Shown piece after piece: positions 46,958 to 57,049 of a DNA stretch of 64,000 nt. The DNA lies in the IMG/VR virus record IMGVR_UViG_3300028127_000003; one strand, given 5' to 3'. The translations under genes were made by a program, and so were the position numbers. The notes under the pieces were generated by a model. That model was given only the letters and a program-made list of their open reading frames with translations, had not been told where the DNA came from and did not search any database. Each line of letters opens with the position of its first letter. Position 1 is the first letter of the stretch. The stretch comes from a virus.

Positions 46958-48943
46958 TTATCTTAAGATATCGTATTCAAACGTTTTATTTACTGGATCT
47001 ACACATACTATTTCGATATATGGTTTATTAGATAATAAGTCCGATAAAGAAATAGAAAGTTTTTGCGACCATCCATTACTCTTATCAGTCCACAGTGTTA
47101 TGTAATGTGTTGATAAGTTTTTTATTTTATTTTTAAAAGTTACTCTAACTACTTGGCCTTTTTTCCAACTTGTTATTGTATCATCTAAGTATATATTTAG
47201 ATTAGAATCAAAGTCCTGTGCCTGATCTGTATAGACCATAACTAAGTTGTCAAATTCTTTAAGTCTTTGCCATACCGCCTTTGTTCCAGCTTCATCTGGT
47301 AAAAACATAGAATCAGCAGATAATTCTCTTTCATTAGTAGAAGTTACAGTATCATATACATAAGCTTGTCCTAAAGAATAGCCATAATTAACACAACTGA
47401 TTTTAACTTTACCATTGTTTGATTTATCAATAGACACTCCTGGGTTACCTGACTCTAAAACATCTGTATTATATTGTATCTCTGTTGGAATTACACCAGA
47501 AATAACCTGATTTAATCTAGAGTTGGTATTTGTTATTAGATCTAAAAGACTTCTTTCATCTTGAAAATTAATAGTAGCATTTTCAACATCCTGTTCTATA
47601 TGGTCTAGTCTCTTAGATATTCCTTGTAAGTTTTCAGAACTTAAAAAGAAACTTTCTAACATTTCAACTTTCTTAGAAATATCATTGTATCTAGTATTAG
47701 CATCTCTTAATAATTGAACCGCGTTTTCTAAGGCACTTGTTGTGTCTAAGAAAATGTCCATTGAGAAAGTAGAATAATCATTAACATTCTTTTCTATCCC
47801 AACATTATCTAGCGCTGAATTAAATTTAAGATTTAATTTAAGTGCAAATGCATTACCATTAAGACCGGTAACTTCATTCGGCTTATACTTAGTTAATTCT
47901 GGAATATACCATCCATCATTTGAAGTATCTTCTTTCCAGTTATCTAATAATATTATACCGTATAGGTTTGTTGCTTTATTTCCAATGTTAGACTTTGAAT
48001 ATATGTCATAATACACTAGGATAGCATTGAATCTAAAATCTCCACCTCTTTTAGAATAATCTAATATTGAATCTAATTTAGGATCATTTATTATTTTAGA
48101 GTAGGCGCTTGAATTAAAATCAATTCCAAATGTTGGAACTTCATTTTCGTCAGTATTATAAGTTCCGTCAGCTTGATCAGCATAAGATTCTACATTTAAA
48201 AAAGGATCTGGGTGAGTATCATCATTTGTTCTTCCTTCAATTTCAGCACCAGGTACAAACTTAATATTATTAGTATTAAACTTAGATGTTTCTAATAAAA
48301 CTTCAGGAGTATATCCTACAGAAGAAGGAACGTTAACAAATATTTCGTTGTACTGTTGCCCTTTATAATTTTTATCGTTAGTTACATCAATATTTCCAAT
48401 GTATTTTATAACTTGACTATATTCAGAACCGGCTTGAGTAGAATCATCTAGCTCTATCATTCTAGAATATCCTGTTGAAACTTCTTGTGAAGTTGCAGTT
48501 CTTACTCTTATCGCATTGATGTGATATAAGTATTTAAAGAATATTTTTTCAGCATCACTTTGAAATAAAACATCATCAAAATCATCATTAACCTCTGGGT
48601 TAAGAAGCATGTTCTCTAAATTAAGAGCATAACTTTGAAAAGTTTGTGCAAAATGTACGTTACCATTACCATCATGTAACGAATCATTATAAGAACTAGC
48701 ATTAGAACCGCCACCTCCTTCAAATAGTCTATCATACTTGATATAATTAGGACCCTCTGATAGATCAGTCGGATCACTTTGAATAAAATCAGCATATACT
48801 GGCAAGTCTAGTAATGCAAATTTAGAAAATTCAAAGTTAATATCCGGATTATAATAAGCGCGTGTCAAATCCCTTGCTGCATTAGCAAATGCATACATCG
48901 TACCTCCTTGTTCTTGTGGAATCCTTATTAATGGTGTAGCCAT
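46958..48943 (-). CDS. Virion structural protein (661 aa)
   Basis: Structural block; central coiled-coil; abuts its neighbours. Confidence 0.5.
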   Translation of the reverse strand: MATPLIRIPQEQGGTMYAFANAARDLTRAYYNPDINFEFSKFALLDLPVYADFIQSDPTDLSEGPNYIKYDRLFEGGGGSNASSYNDSLHDGNGNVHFAQTFQSYALNLENMLLNPEVNDDFDDVLFQSDAEKIFFKYLYHINAIRVRTATSQEVSTGYSRMIELDDSTQAGSEYSQVIKYIGNIDVTNDKNYKGQQYNEIFVNVPSSVGYTPEVLLETSKFNTNNIKFVPGAEIEGRTNDDTHPDPFLNVESYADQADGTYNTDENEVPTFGIDFNSSAYSKIINDPKLDSILDYSKRGGDFRFNAILVYYDIYSKSNIGNKATNLYGIILLDNWKEDTSNDGWYIPELTKYKPNEVTGLNGNAFALKLNLKFNSALDNVGIEKNVNDYSTFSMDIFLDTTSALENAVQLLRDANTRYNDISKKVEMLESFFLSSENLQGISKRLDHIEQDVENATINFQDERSLLDLITNTNSRLNQVISGVIPTEIQYNTDVLESGNPGVSIDKSNNGKVKISCVNYGYSLGQAYVYDTVTSTNERELSADSMFLPDEAGTKAVWQRLKEFDNLVMVYTDQAQDFDSNLNIYLDDTITSWKKGQVVRVTFKNKIKNLSTHYITLWTDKSNGWSQKLSISLSDLLSNKPYIEIVCVDPVNKTFEYDILR

Positions 48944-48967
48944 CTAATTAACTGTTTTATTTTTATA

Positions 48968-49528
48968 TTATGAAATTGTGGCTTTATGTGAACCTGTAAT
49001 CCACCAAGTGCCGTCCGTACTTCCTATAAAACTGATACTACCGTTCTGTAAAACATCTATTGAGGTATCAGCGCCATTTATATTGTCTAAACCTGTACCT
49101 TGCATTTGAAATGCAGTCGATGCAATAATAGTTAAAATTTGTCCATCTGCTGAAGGTCCTAATTCTACATCAGCTGAACCAGTGTAAATATAAGCTCCTA
49201 GTGTAGGAGTAACTGTTCCTGCTGGAAAAGTAGCAGTAGGAGCCACTGTAAACTGGAGTGCTTTTTCTAAAATTACATTTTCTTTAAACGTAGCTTCAAC
49301 GCCTGCCTCTAATGAAGATGCAGTTACGTTAAAAGTATTTAAAGTACCTGTGTTTAAGGACAGTGTGCCTGCCGTAATAGCTCCAGTTAAAGATAACGTA
49401 GAACTTGTCGTGTCTAGAACATTTGCGATTAATCCTAATTCTTCATTTACGTTATCAAAATTATTATTGATAGTAAGTCTCGAAGAAGAAAGAGAATGCG
49501 TTCCTAAAATTGTTGTAATACTTGCCAT
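48968..49528 (-). CDS. Short fibre-like/virion protein (186 aa)
   Basis: N-terminal SRLTINNNFDNV resembles the N.NF anchor of the two long fibres; Thr/Ala/Gly-rich. Confidence 0.45.
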   Translation of the reverse strand: MASITTILGTHSLSSSRLTINNNFDNVNEELGLIANVLDTTSSTLSLTGAITAGTLSLNTGTLNTFNVTASSLEAGVEATFKENVILEKALQFTVAPTATFPAGTVTPTLGAYIYTGSADVELGPSADGQILTIIASTAFQMQGTGLDNINGADTSIDVLQNGSISFIGSTDGTWWITGSHKATIS

Positions 49529-49529
49529 T

Positions 49530-52319
49530 TTATTTAATTGTTAAGATGTTTTTTCTTGTTATGTTTTTATTTCCGTTCAAATCAGTTAATTCAAGCTCAA
49601 TACTGTACTCTCCCTTAGTGTCAAATAAGTATGTCAGCCACTGATTATCATAATATATATCTTCTTTTTTTACACTATTATTTATCAATCTCCATTTCTG
49701 TTTTATTATGCCCGGCATTTTAGTCAGGTCATATGAAAATGTCATGTGATTTAATAGATTAATAGTACCGTGATCGTCTATTATATAAGAATCATTGAAG
49801 CTAGGATTGTATGCTTGGTATTTAACAAAACTATCTGGATCTATGATTCCAGTGCTAGTCGTAGCATTGTAAAAATCATATACTTGATTGGGTTGTTTAG
49901 AAACTACGAGCATATAATTACATACATCTGCTCCATCAAAATTATTTACTATATTTCCATCAGTATCTTTATATATCGGATTCCAATTGAATTTAGTAAA
50001 AATAGGCCATTGGTTAGGATTCAAATTATTCAATTCATCCTTTAAGCTTTCCCAAGCCGCAAAATCAGTATTAGACGTAGGATATGTTGCAACAGGTGTA
50101 TATTCTTCTATTATTTCTAAATCTGTAAAAGGATCTAATTGTGAAACAGAAATAGTTCCATTATTAGCGCCGTTTAATTCTAATTTAAAAGAAGAATTTA
50201 AATCTGGTCCAACCCTAGTTTGATCCCAGCATATTTCGGGACCATCATTCCATACATGTTTTCTTAATGATTTCCATTGATAAGGCCCTGTCGTTTCATT
50301 AAATCCAGTTGGAGTTGTAGAATCTGCAAATCTTCTTACCATTGAGAATTCTTTACCATCTTCATCTTCGTGTAAATAATTAGCTCTATCGAGAGTTAGA
50401 TAATATGTAGCAATACTTTCTTCAACAGTGTTTAGGTTTTCTCTACCCCATTCCCATGAAGAACCTGCTTCATCCCATTGATATTTATAATTAGCCCAAT
50501 CTAATTCAGGCGTGAGTTTCTGATACATTCCATATACTTCAACATTCTTAGATTTAACTGTTATCTTTTCATTGTGACTAATACTTCTTATGTTATATAA
50601 ATCCCAAAAAGCAACATCAATAGTGTACTCACCGATGTATGGAAGTATTATTGGTAGTGTATACCAATTGTCAATAGATCCTCTGATAGTTTTAAAGTAG
50701 CCTCTAGGACCTTTAATTATCCATTCAATTTCATATACACTTCTTTTCCACCAATCATCCCATGTTAAATAAGGATCTTGTAAAGTGGTATATGGAGGTT
50801 GTCCGGGTGGAGAATGTAAAATATTAGCATCATCGTCAGTATCGTTTGCATCTATGAAAGTAAAGTCTGCATCATCCCATGTATCTTTAAGTGAAGTTCC
50901 AGTTAAAATAATAGGAGCTCCTATTGGAATTCCTGCAATGGTATTATGTGAAGACATATCTTCATCGTGCCAATCTGTATAGAAAGATCTAATAGAATCT
51001 TCTAATTCATTTCTTTCTGTTTTATTAAAAACTTCTATCTTTTGATTACGACCTTCTAGTCTATAATCTACTTTCCTAAGATCTTCTATATAAATTGATT
51101 TAGCATCTGGAAATATATCATAATGTACGTCTTGTCCAGCATACTGTGCGTGTATTTGGTGTTGATTATTCCAAACTCTCTGATTTACTCCGTCAAAGTA
51201 ATCACCCTCTGCTGTGATATCTACGATCTTTGCGTTAAGCGGTAAATATTCTTTCTGTAGTTTACGCTTTAAAGCATATAATTTTATTAAGATTTCATCC
51301 GGCGAAAAATCTGTAATTTCCTCTACTTCTGGTAAATCAAATTCATTTAATTTTCCAGTAGGAACGTTTAATCGGTATGCTAATGAAAATCTAGAAGTTT
51401 TCTTTTGATTAGAATTAGGAAGGTTCTTATTTCTACTCTTTTTTGCTAAGAAACCTACTTCAGTTTGATTAGCAACAGGAACCACCATCATTTTTCCAAA
51501 TCCTTCAGATTGTTCGTTTATGTTTAACCAATACTCTCTAAGACTTACATTACTATATCCAAAGAAATCAATAACACCTAATAGGGCTTTATATGTTCCT
51601 ATAAAGGGTTTAATAGTAGAAGCCTGTAATAAAAGTTCTTTTCTTTTTCTATTTAATAGTTTATAATCTACACCAAGGTCTTTAATATCAGAATCTCTAA
51701 ATATCAAATAATCCATTTCGTCTAGATTTAATGCCATGTTAGTTAAAAGACTTTTTAGTCTTTCATCTTCAGCAACTACTTCACCATAAACTTTAATTTC
51801 TGCAACCTTTACTTCATTACCATCTTCGGTCGCATATACATTTAATGTTCTAATATGAAAACCTTCTTTATCTGAACTTAATGCTATATTGGCGATGCAT
51901 GCTTGTACATTCAATGCCGCTGCGTTTAAAGGAACTATTTTAAAACCATCAGAGTCAATTGAAGTGTAGTGACTGTTGTCTCTCATTTTAGAAACCTGAG
52001 AAGAATCTACAACTACTTCGTAGTCTCCGTTCTTCATTGTTCCACTATAAAGAAAAATATCATTACTATCTCCATAGCCTGAAACAAATTCAAATCTTAA
52101 AGTATTAGTATTAGCATCGACTGATATAGGATGTACAAATCTTTGATTATCTAATTCATCCCTTACTTCTTCTAGAACATATAAATTTATCGTTTCATAT
52201 AGGCCTGTCGATATTTCAGGTAGAAATATAGTACCCGTAGAATATTCTAAAGTAGAATCATACGTTAAATTTAATTCGTTAGAACTATTATCAAAGAATC
52301 TAAGATTTTGATATGGCAT
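49530..52319 (-). CDS. Baseplate wedge protein (gp7/gpI-like) with C-terminal PKD-like domain
   Basis: KPFIGTYKALLGVIDFFGY wedge motif; C-terminal F...GEYSIELELTDLNGN; next to gp6 and gp25. Confidence 0.55.
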   Translation of the reverse strand: MPYQNLRFFDNSSNELNLTYDSTLEYSTGTIFLPEISTGLYETINLYVLEEVRDELDNQRFVHPISVDANTNTLRFEFVSGYGDSNDIFLYSGTMKNGDYEVVVDSSQVSKMRDNSHYTSIDSDGFKIVPLNAAALNVQACIANIALSSDKEGFHIRTLNVYATEDGNEVKVAEIKVYGEVVAEDERLKSLLTNMALNLDEMDYLIFRDSDIKDLGVDYKLLNRKRKELLLQASTIKPFIGTYKALLGVIDFFGYSNVSLREYWLNINEQSEGFGKMMVVPVANQTEVGFLAKKSRNKNLPNSNQKKTSRFSLAYRLNVPTGKLNEFDLPEVEEITDFSPDEILIKLYALKRKLQKEYLPLNAKIVDITAEGDYFDGVNQRVWNNQHQIHAQYAGQDVHYDIFPDAKSIYIEDLRKVDYRLEGRNQKIEVFNKTERNELEDSIRSFYTDWHDEDMSSHNTIAGIPIGAPIILTGTSLKDTWDDADFTFIDANDTDDDANILHSPPGQPPYTTLQDPYLTWDDWWKRSVYEIEWIIKGPRGYFKTIRGSIDNWYTLPIILPYIGEYTIDVAFWDLYNIRSISHNEKITVKSKNVEVYGMYQKLTPELDWANYKYQWDEAGSSWEWGRENLNTVEESIATYYLTLDRANYLHEDEDGKEFSMVRRFADSTTPTGFNETTGPYQWKSLRKHVWNDGPEICWDQTRVGPDLNSSFKLELNGANNGTISVSQLDPFTDLEIIEEYTPVATYPTSNTDFAAWESLKDELNNLNPNQWPIFTKFNWNPIYKDTDGNIVNNFDGADVCNYMLVVSKQPNQVYDFYNATTSTGIIDPDSFVKYQAYNPSFNDSYIIDDHGTINLLNHMTFSYDLTKMPGIIKQKWRLINNSVKKEDIYYDNQWLTYLFDTKGEYSIELELTDLNGNKNITRKNILTIK

Positions 52320-52321
52320 TA

Positions 52322-52591
52322 TTATCTAATTTTTTTATCATCTTTTTTCATGGTGTAAGATTTGTAAATTTTTAAATAGTTTACAGAATCTACCCAATCG
52401 GCGATTGTATCTTGAATAAGATTAACAAAGTCGTTCATTTGATTATTTCTCCAAATATGAGAAGAAATTGAGTTTTTCAAAATATTACTTCTATAATCAT
52501 TACCTAAATTTTTTCTATCGTCAAATGCATTTTCCCTGATAGAATATAATCTCTTTTTTCTACTTTTAAAAAGGTTACTAAAAATACTCAT
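52322..52591 (-). CDS. Small baseplate-associated hypothetical protein
   Basis: Translationally coupled between gp6 and the gp7-like gene. Confidence 0.5.
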   Translation of the reverse strand: MSIFSNLFKSRKKRLYSIRENAFDDRKNLGNDYRSNILKNSISSHIWRNNQMNDFVNLIQDTIADWVDSVNYLKIYKSYTMKKDDKKIR

Positions 52592-54411
52592 TATATAGCT
52601 TTTCTATTTTTAGCCTGAACTTTAGCGAATATGCTATTTTTCACAGCTGGTTCATCAAAGTAAATTGAAAGAGCTGCTTTTTCTCCAGTCTTTACTGAAT
52701 CATCCACCATGTTTCCATTTTGATCTAACCAGCCACCTCTAAATAATGCAACTTCTTCTTTTTCTAAAATTATATCTCCAAATGAATCTAAATTAATTAC
52801 ATTCTCTGGAAGAGGTGCATTGGGTTCAAAATTAATTTGCCTTTCAGTTACTGTTCTTTTAAAGAAAACCATTTTTTGTTTTCCATTACCTATATCTTCT
52901 AAGATTGGGGTAGAAGGAGTTACCGTTACTGTTTTAGAAGTATAATATCCTAATCTTCTAGCCGTTTCTTCTTTTTCAGAAGTGAATTTAACGTTAACGG
53001 AATCAATACCTTCAATTGATTCAACAATAGCGACAATATCAGATTTTGGTAATCTATCTCTTCTTGTAATGTTAATTAGGTATTCTGCTATTTTAGATCT
53101 AATTTCAGTAGCAAGATTAGCCTTTGTATATCCTTCAAAGTATCTTACTTTAATATCCATTCTAAAATATTGTGGGGAAGGATCTACTATTTTAATTTCA
53201 GTTGTTACCATCTGTCTTCCTGATTTTTCTAATAATCCCATAATTCCTTCTTTTTCTATTTCAGTAAAAAAGAATTCAGAATTATCTAAGCTAAAATAAT
53301 CTTTATTGTTTTGTAATTTTTTAAGAGTATTAGGCAACATGAACAGATAGATAACATTATCATCGTCTAAATATCCATCATCTGTAGTGTTATATGCATC
53401 TAAATAAGAAAACATACCATATCTTGAAAGAAAGTGCTCATAGTTATCAGGAGTTGCTAATACAAATGAATGTGACTGTAATGGGGCAATTAACTTTGTT
53501 AATTCAATATCTTCTGGATTTGCTCCCATTTTAGGTGCAACTGTAAATTCAGATTCTAATAATTCATTTAGATCATGCGTATTTCCTAATGAATCTGTTC
53601 CTTCAGTTTTGAATTCAAACGATAAATCAGCTCTACCGTTTAAATTACCCATAGCACCTCCTATTTTTAAATATTCGATTTCAATCGATGCACCTGTTGG
53701 AGGAATGTCACCAAATGAACCATTACCGAAATAAAGATCTAATCCACCTGTAATTCCTGTTTTTACTAAATAACCTTCAGTTCCCTTTTTCATATCATAT
53801 AAAGAATCATATTTAGTCCATAAATTAGAATTAACCTTTACTCTAATCTGTCCATGGTCTATCATGCTTTTAGTTATTACATTAAAGGATTGAAAAGATT
53901 CTCCAGTTGAGGTTAATGTTTGAGATTCATATTCTCCCTGAATTACAGGAATATAAATATAATTTGCGTTTGATTTTTCTAATCTAAATTGATCATTACT
54001 TGTTCTCAGGGTGTATTTAAGACCGTTGTCTTTGCATTCTATAATAGCATTGGATGGAATGTTTAAAGCATCACCAGCAATATCATCTAAACCCTGCACT
54101 CCTAATCTAAGCTTTAATTCACCTGAAGCGGCAGCTCCTCTAAATGAATCATGTCCTGCTAATCTTGAGAGTCCATATATTGATTCTGGGTTTTGAGCTG
54201 TAAGAATATTTTGCTCTACTGTAGAATCTTCAATGTAGAAGAATATTAATCTTCCTATTTCTGAAATAACGTCTAGGATTTGTGAAAACGGAGAGGCTGT
54301 TGTAAATGCACCTTCTACCTCGCCATATATCCTAGTAATATAGGATCTAATGTCGTCAATCATTTCTCCAGCTTTTATTCTGGAAGTTGATAAAAATTTA
54401 TTATCTGCCAT
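52591..54411 (-). CDS. Baseplate wedge subunit (T4 gp6-like)
   Basis: TAQNPESIYGLSRLAG, IQGEY, LYFGNGSFG.IP, GG..GN, GA.PE, T..DYE-like region. Confidence 0.8.
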   Translation of the reverse strand: MADNKFLSTSRIKAGEMIDDIRSYITRIYGEVEGAFTTASPFSQILDVISEIGRLIFFYIEDSTVEQNILTAQNPESIYGLSRLAGHDSFRGAAASGELKLRLGVQGLDDIAGDALNIPSNAIIECKDNGLKYTLRTSNDQFRLEKSNANYIYIPVIQGEYESQTLTSTGESFQSFNVITKSMIDHGQIRVKVNSNLWTKYDSLYDMKKGTEGYLVKTGITGGLDLYFGNGSFGDIPPTGASIEIEYLKIGGAMGNLNGRADLSFEFKTEGTDSLGNTHDLNELLESEFTVAPKMGANPEDIELTKLIAPLQSHSFVLATPDNYEHFLSRYGMFSYLDAYNTTDDGYLDDDNVIYLFMLPNTLKKLQNNKDYFSLDNSEFFFTEIEKEGIMGLLEKSGRQMVTTEIKIVDPSPQYFRMDIKVRYFEGYTKANLATEIRSKIAEYLINITRRDRLPKSDIVAIVESIEGIDSVNVKFTSEKEETARRLGYYTSKTVTVTPSTPILEDIGNGKQKMVFFKRTVTERQINFEPNAPLPENVINLDSFGDIILEKEEVALFRGGWLDQNGNMVDDSVKTGEKAALSIYFDEPAVKNSIFAKVQAKNRKAI

Positions 54412-54428
54412 TTTTATTTTTAGTTTTA

Positions 54429-54782
54429 TTATACGTAAACTCCAAGTTGATATCTATTATCAATTCTTATATCTACAAACACTGCATGTCTGTCAACTTC
54501 TTTTGTGAAATCAACATCAACAGTTACGTTAAATTTTCTAGCTAAAGGAACATATTTATAAATCTGTTCTGCAACTACTTTTTTTAATAAATAGTCATTA
54601 TAACTTAATGAATATACATAGTCTTCTAAATTAGCTCCGAATTCAGGATCACCTAAAACATCTCCTCTTCTCGTAAAAAGAACAGTTTCTATCTGCGTCA
54701 TCAACCTAGCTAATTCAGAACTAATTTCTAATTTGCTTGGATCGAATCCAGGATCTCCTTTTGCTTTTATATAAAACTCCAT
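54429..54782 (-). CDS. Baseplate wedge subunit (gp25-like)
   Basis: LFTRRGDVLGDPEFGANL..Y.F motif. Confidence 0.8.
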   Translation of the reverse strand: MEFYIKAKGDPGFDPSKLEISSELARLMTQIETVLFTRRGDVLGDPEFGANLEDYVYSLSYNDYLLKKVVAEQIYKYVPLARKFNVTVDVDFTKEVDRHAVFVDIRIDNRYQLGVYV

Positions 54783-54798
54783 TTAACTATATATTCTA

Positions 54799-55632
54799 TT
54801 AAGAATGCATCATCCAATCGGTGCCTTCATCTGTTTTTATTTCTTCAATCACTGCTTCCAGTTCTCCTTCACCTAAACCCTGAATTGCGTCTGCATTGAC
54901 TTCAATATTTCCAGGTAAAGCAAAACCAAATATACTTAACTTTTGTCCTAATGAAATTTTAATCTTTGCAGCACAATATCTAAAGAATGCTTCATCTTCA
55001 AATAATGCACACTCTGGAATTGTTTCATATACTTCTAATATAATATCTCTGTTAGGGGTTTCTCCAGTAAATTTAATCTCATGTGTTAGTTGGTTATAGT
55101 GATAGCCAATGGGGTTTTCTAGAATTTGTCTAGCCATATCAAAGAAACTTTCATTAACCACATAATATTGAAGGTTCTCTGCGGCATCTACTACACCATC
55201 TCCACTGAACATTCCAGTATACATCATTCTTTCGATAGCAAAATCACCTTGTGAAAATCTAATATCTGTTCCACCTGCATACTTTGATCCAGTTTCAAAA
55301 CATCCATATACTGAATAAACTTCTCCACCACCTGTAACTGGATCCATCTTTGGAAGAGTAAAGCATCTTCTAGATTTAAAAAGATTAGACTTAAAAAGTT
55401 CTTTAGGTAAAACCATAAAGTTTTCTTTCATCGAATACTCGTAATTTTTATAGAACCATTTCTTTGCTCTCTTGACAATATTCTCTACTTCTGATTTTGG
55501 AAGATTCATAGGAATCATACAAGACCCTGTTACTTCCGATGCCAACTCATTTACAAAGTCGTTAAAGCATTTATTATCATCCCATGTAGGTTTATCTAAG
55601 TGGCTATTATTACCTATTATATTATCACTCAT
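54799..55632 (-). CDS. Neck/head-completion protein (T4 gp13-like)
   Basis: Y..A..K..LG..L..F...LPG...VNAD.I...GE.EL...IEEIK pattern at the C-terminus. Confidence 0.7.
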   Translation of the reverse strand: MSDNIIGNNSHLDKPTWDDNKCFNDFVNELASEVTGSCMIPMNLPKSEVENIVKRAKKWFYKNYEYSMKENFMVLPKELFKSNLFKSRRCFTLPKMDPVTGGGEVYSVYGCFETGSKYAGGTDIRFSQGDFAIERMMYTGMFSGDGVVDAAENLQYYVVNESFFDMARQILENPIGYHYNQLTHEIKFTGETPNRDIILEVYETIPECALFEDEAFFRYCAAKIKISLGQKLSIFGFALPGNIEVNADAIQGLGEGELEAVIEEIKTDEGTDWMMHS

Positions 55633-55648
55633 TTTGTTTTAGTTATTT

Positions 55649-56944
55649 TTAAACTTCCGTATAAAGTATTTTTTCAGTGTTGTCAAACTTTGCAGTTCTT
55701 TTATCGTATTTACCGTCTCTAAATATACCTCCTTGCATCGTCCCTTTCATTATTCCATTTCCGTATATGTAACAGTCTTTTAATACACAAGACTGGTGAA
55801 CGTATGAACTTTCTAATTTAGATGAATTAACCTGTGTAGATTGATAGAAATTACACGTATGTATGTCAGATCCATTTATGTCACATCCGAAGAAATCACA
55901 ATTTGTGAATTCTCCTCTCAAAGAACATCTTACAAATTCATATCCTTCTAATTCTACACAATATGATAAGTTACCATGATCAACTTGAATTACACCATTG
56001 TCGGCATCATAGTTAATATGCCCTTTTGTTAATTCACCATGTGTAAATAATCTAAGAACTCTTTCTCTAATATTAGGCCAGTGTAAATCTATTATCTTTT
56101 CATTGTCATTTAAATCAACCGTTAATTTAACATCTTGATTCCAACCTGTATTAATGGTTTTCCAATCTTTTCTAGCCTTTATAACTCTTTCATTCTTAGC
56201 AAGAATTTTTCTAAGCTCTATTGAATTAAGATTGTTAAATTGAACATTACCCGTGCTATTCCATAGTTGAGTTATAAAAAGATCTAGCATTTGTAGAATC
56301 TTAGAAGTTTTCTTTTCCCAATCTTTTCCACCGAGATATCTAAATTCTAAATAATTCTTATGTCTTTTTTCAAAGTTAATTCCGTAATATTTAGAATCAG
56401 GATATATGAAATTACTAGGAGTAATATTTAATCCATCATAGAAATAAGTATCTGACTTAGGTAAAACGAATTTAATTGATTTTGCGTATGCAGAATCTTT
56501 TCTTTCAGGAAAAAACTTAAAGACTTGACTTTCTTTAAAATCTAAAATAAATTTAAGAACATTCATCTTAGATATTCTATGTTTATTTTCTATTTTATCT
56601 GTATCGAAAGAAAGGTTTAAGTGAATAGAACTTCTATCATTCGTATATCCATTTTCTTCTATCCATTTACATACTTTAATAATCATCATCCTTGCAGCAT
56701 AATACGGCTGTGCGCCTGTTACGAGTTCCATTAGTTTTTCACCACCTGACATATCAGGTTCAATTTTAAACTCATCTCTTGTAACTTCAAAATCACTATG
56801 CGCCTTTGCTTCTACTCTAATCTTTTTACCTAAAAGACCCGCTAACTCTTTAGCAGTCGTATCGATATCCTTGTTAGAATAAAATTCAAATTCAACACCT
56901 ACCAGTGCATTCTTTAATATGTCTGAATTATTAATATTATTCAT
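55649..56944 (-). CDS. Putative amidoligase (COOH-NH2 ligase) with C-terminal beta-helix
   Basis: VGVEFEF, KIEPD.S....ELVT, N.RSSIHLNLS, KY..IN, LEFR motifs; pentapeptide-like C-terminus. Confidence 0.7.
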   Translation of the reverse strand: MNNINNSDILKNALVGVEFEFYSNKDIDTTAKELAGLLGKKIRVEAKAHSDFEVTRDEFKIEPDMSGGEKLMELVTGAQPYYAARMMIIKVCKWIEENGYTNDRSSIHLNLSFDTDKIENKHRISKMNVLKFILDFKESQVFKFFPERKDSAYAKSIKFVLPKSDTYFYDGLNITPSNFIYPDSKYYGINFEKRHKNYLEFRYLGGKDWEKKTSKILQMLDLFITQLWNSTGNVQFNNLNSIELRKILAKNERVIKARKDWKTINTGWNQDVKLTVDLNDNEKIIDLHWPNIRERVLRLFTHGELTKGHINYDADNGVIQVDHGNLSYCVELEGYEFVRCSLRGEFTNCDFFGCDINGSDIHTCNFYQSTQVNSSKLESSYVHQSCVLKDCYIYGNGIMKGTMQGGIFRDGKYDKRTAKFDNTEKILYTEV

Positions 56945-56972
56945 TTACGTAATTATATAACTTAAGTTGGTT

Positions 56973-56980
56973 TATATATC
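56973..56980 (-). promoter_or_regulatory. GATATATA motif
   Basis: 29 nt upstream of ATG 56944. Confidence 0.65.
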
Positions 56981-57002
56981 TCTGTTAGATACACTATAAC
57001 GT

Positions 57003-57030
57003 GAAAAAGCCCGAGTGATCGGGCTCTTTC
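57003..57030 (-). terminator. Rho-independent terminator
   Basis: AGCCCGA-tcac-TCGGGCT stem followed by T-tract on the minus strand; downstream of the S1 gene. Confidence 0.7.
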
Positions 57031-57049
57031 AACTAAATTATAGATTTGA

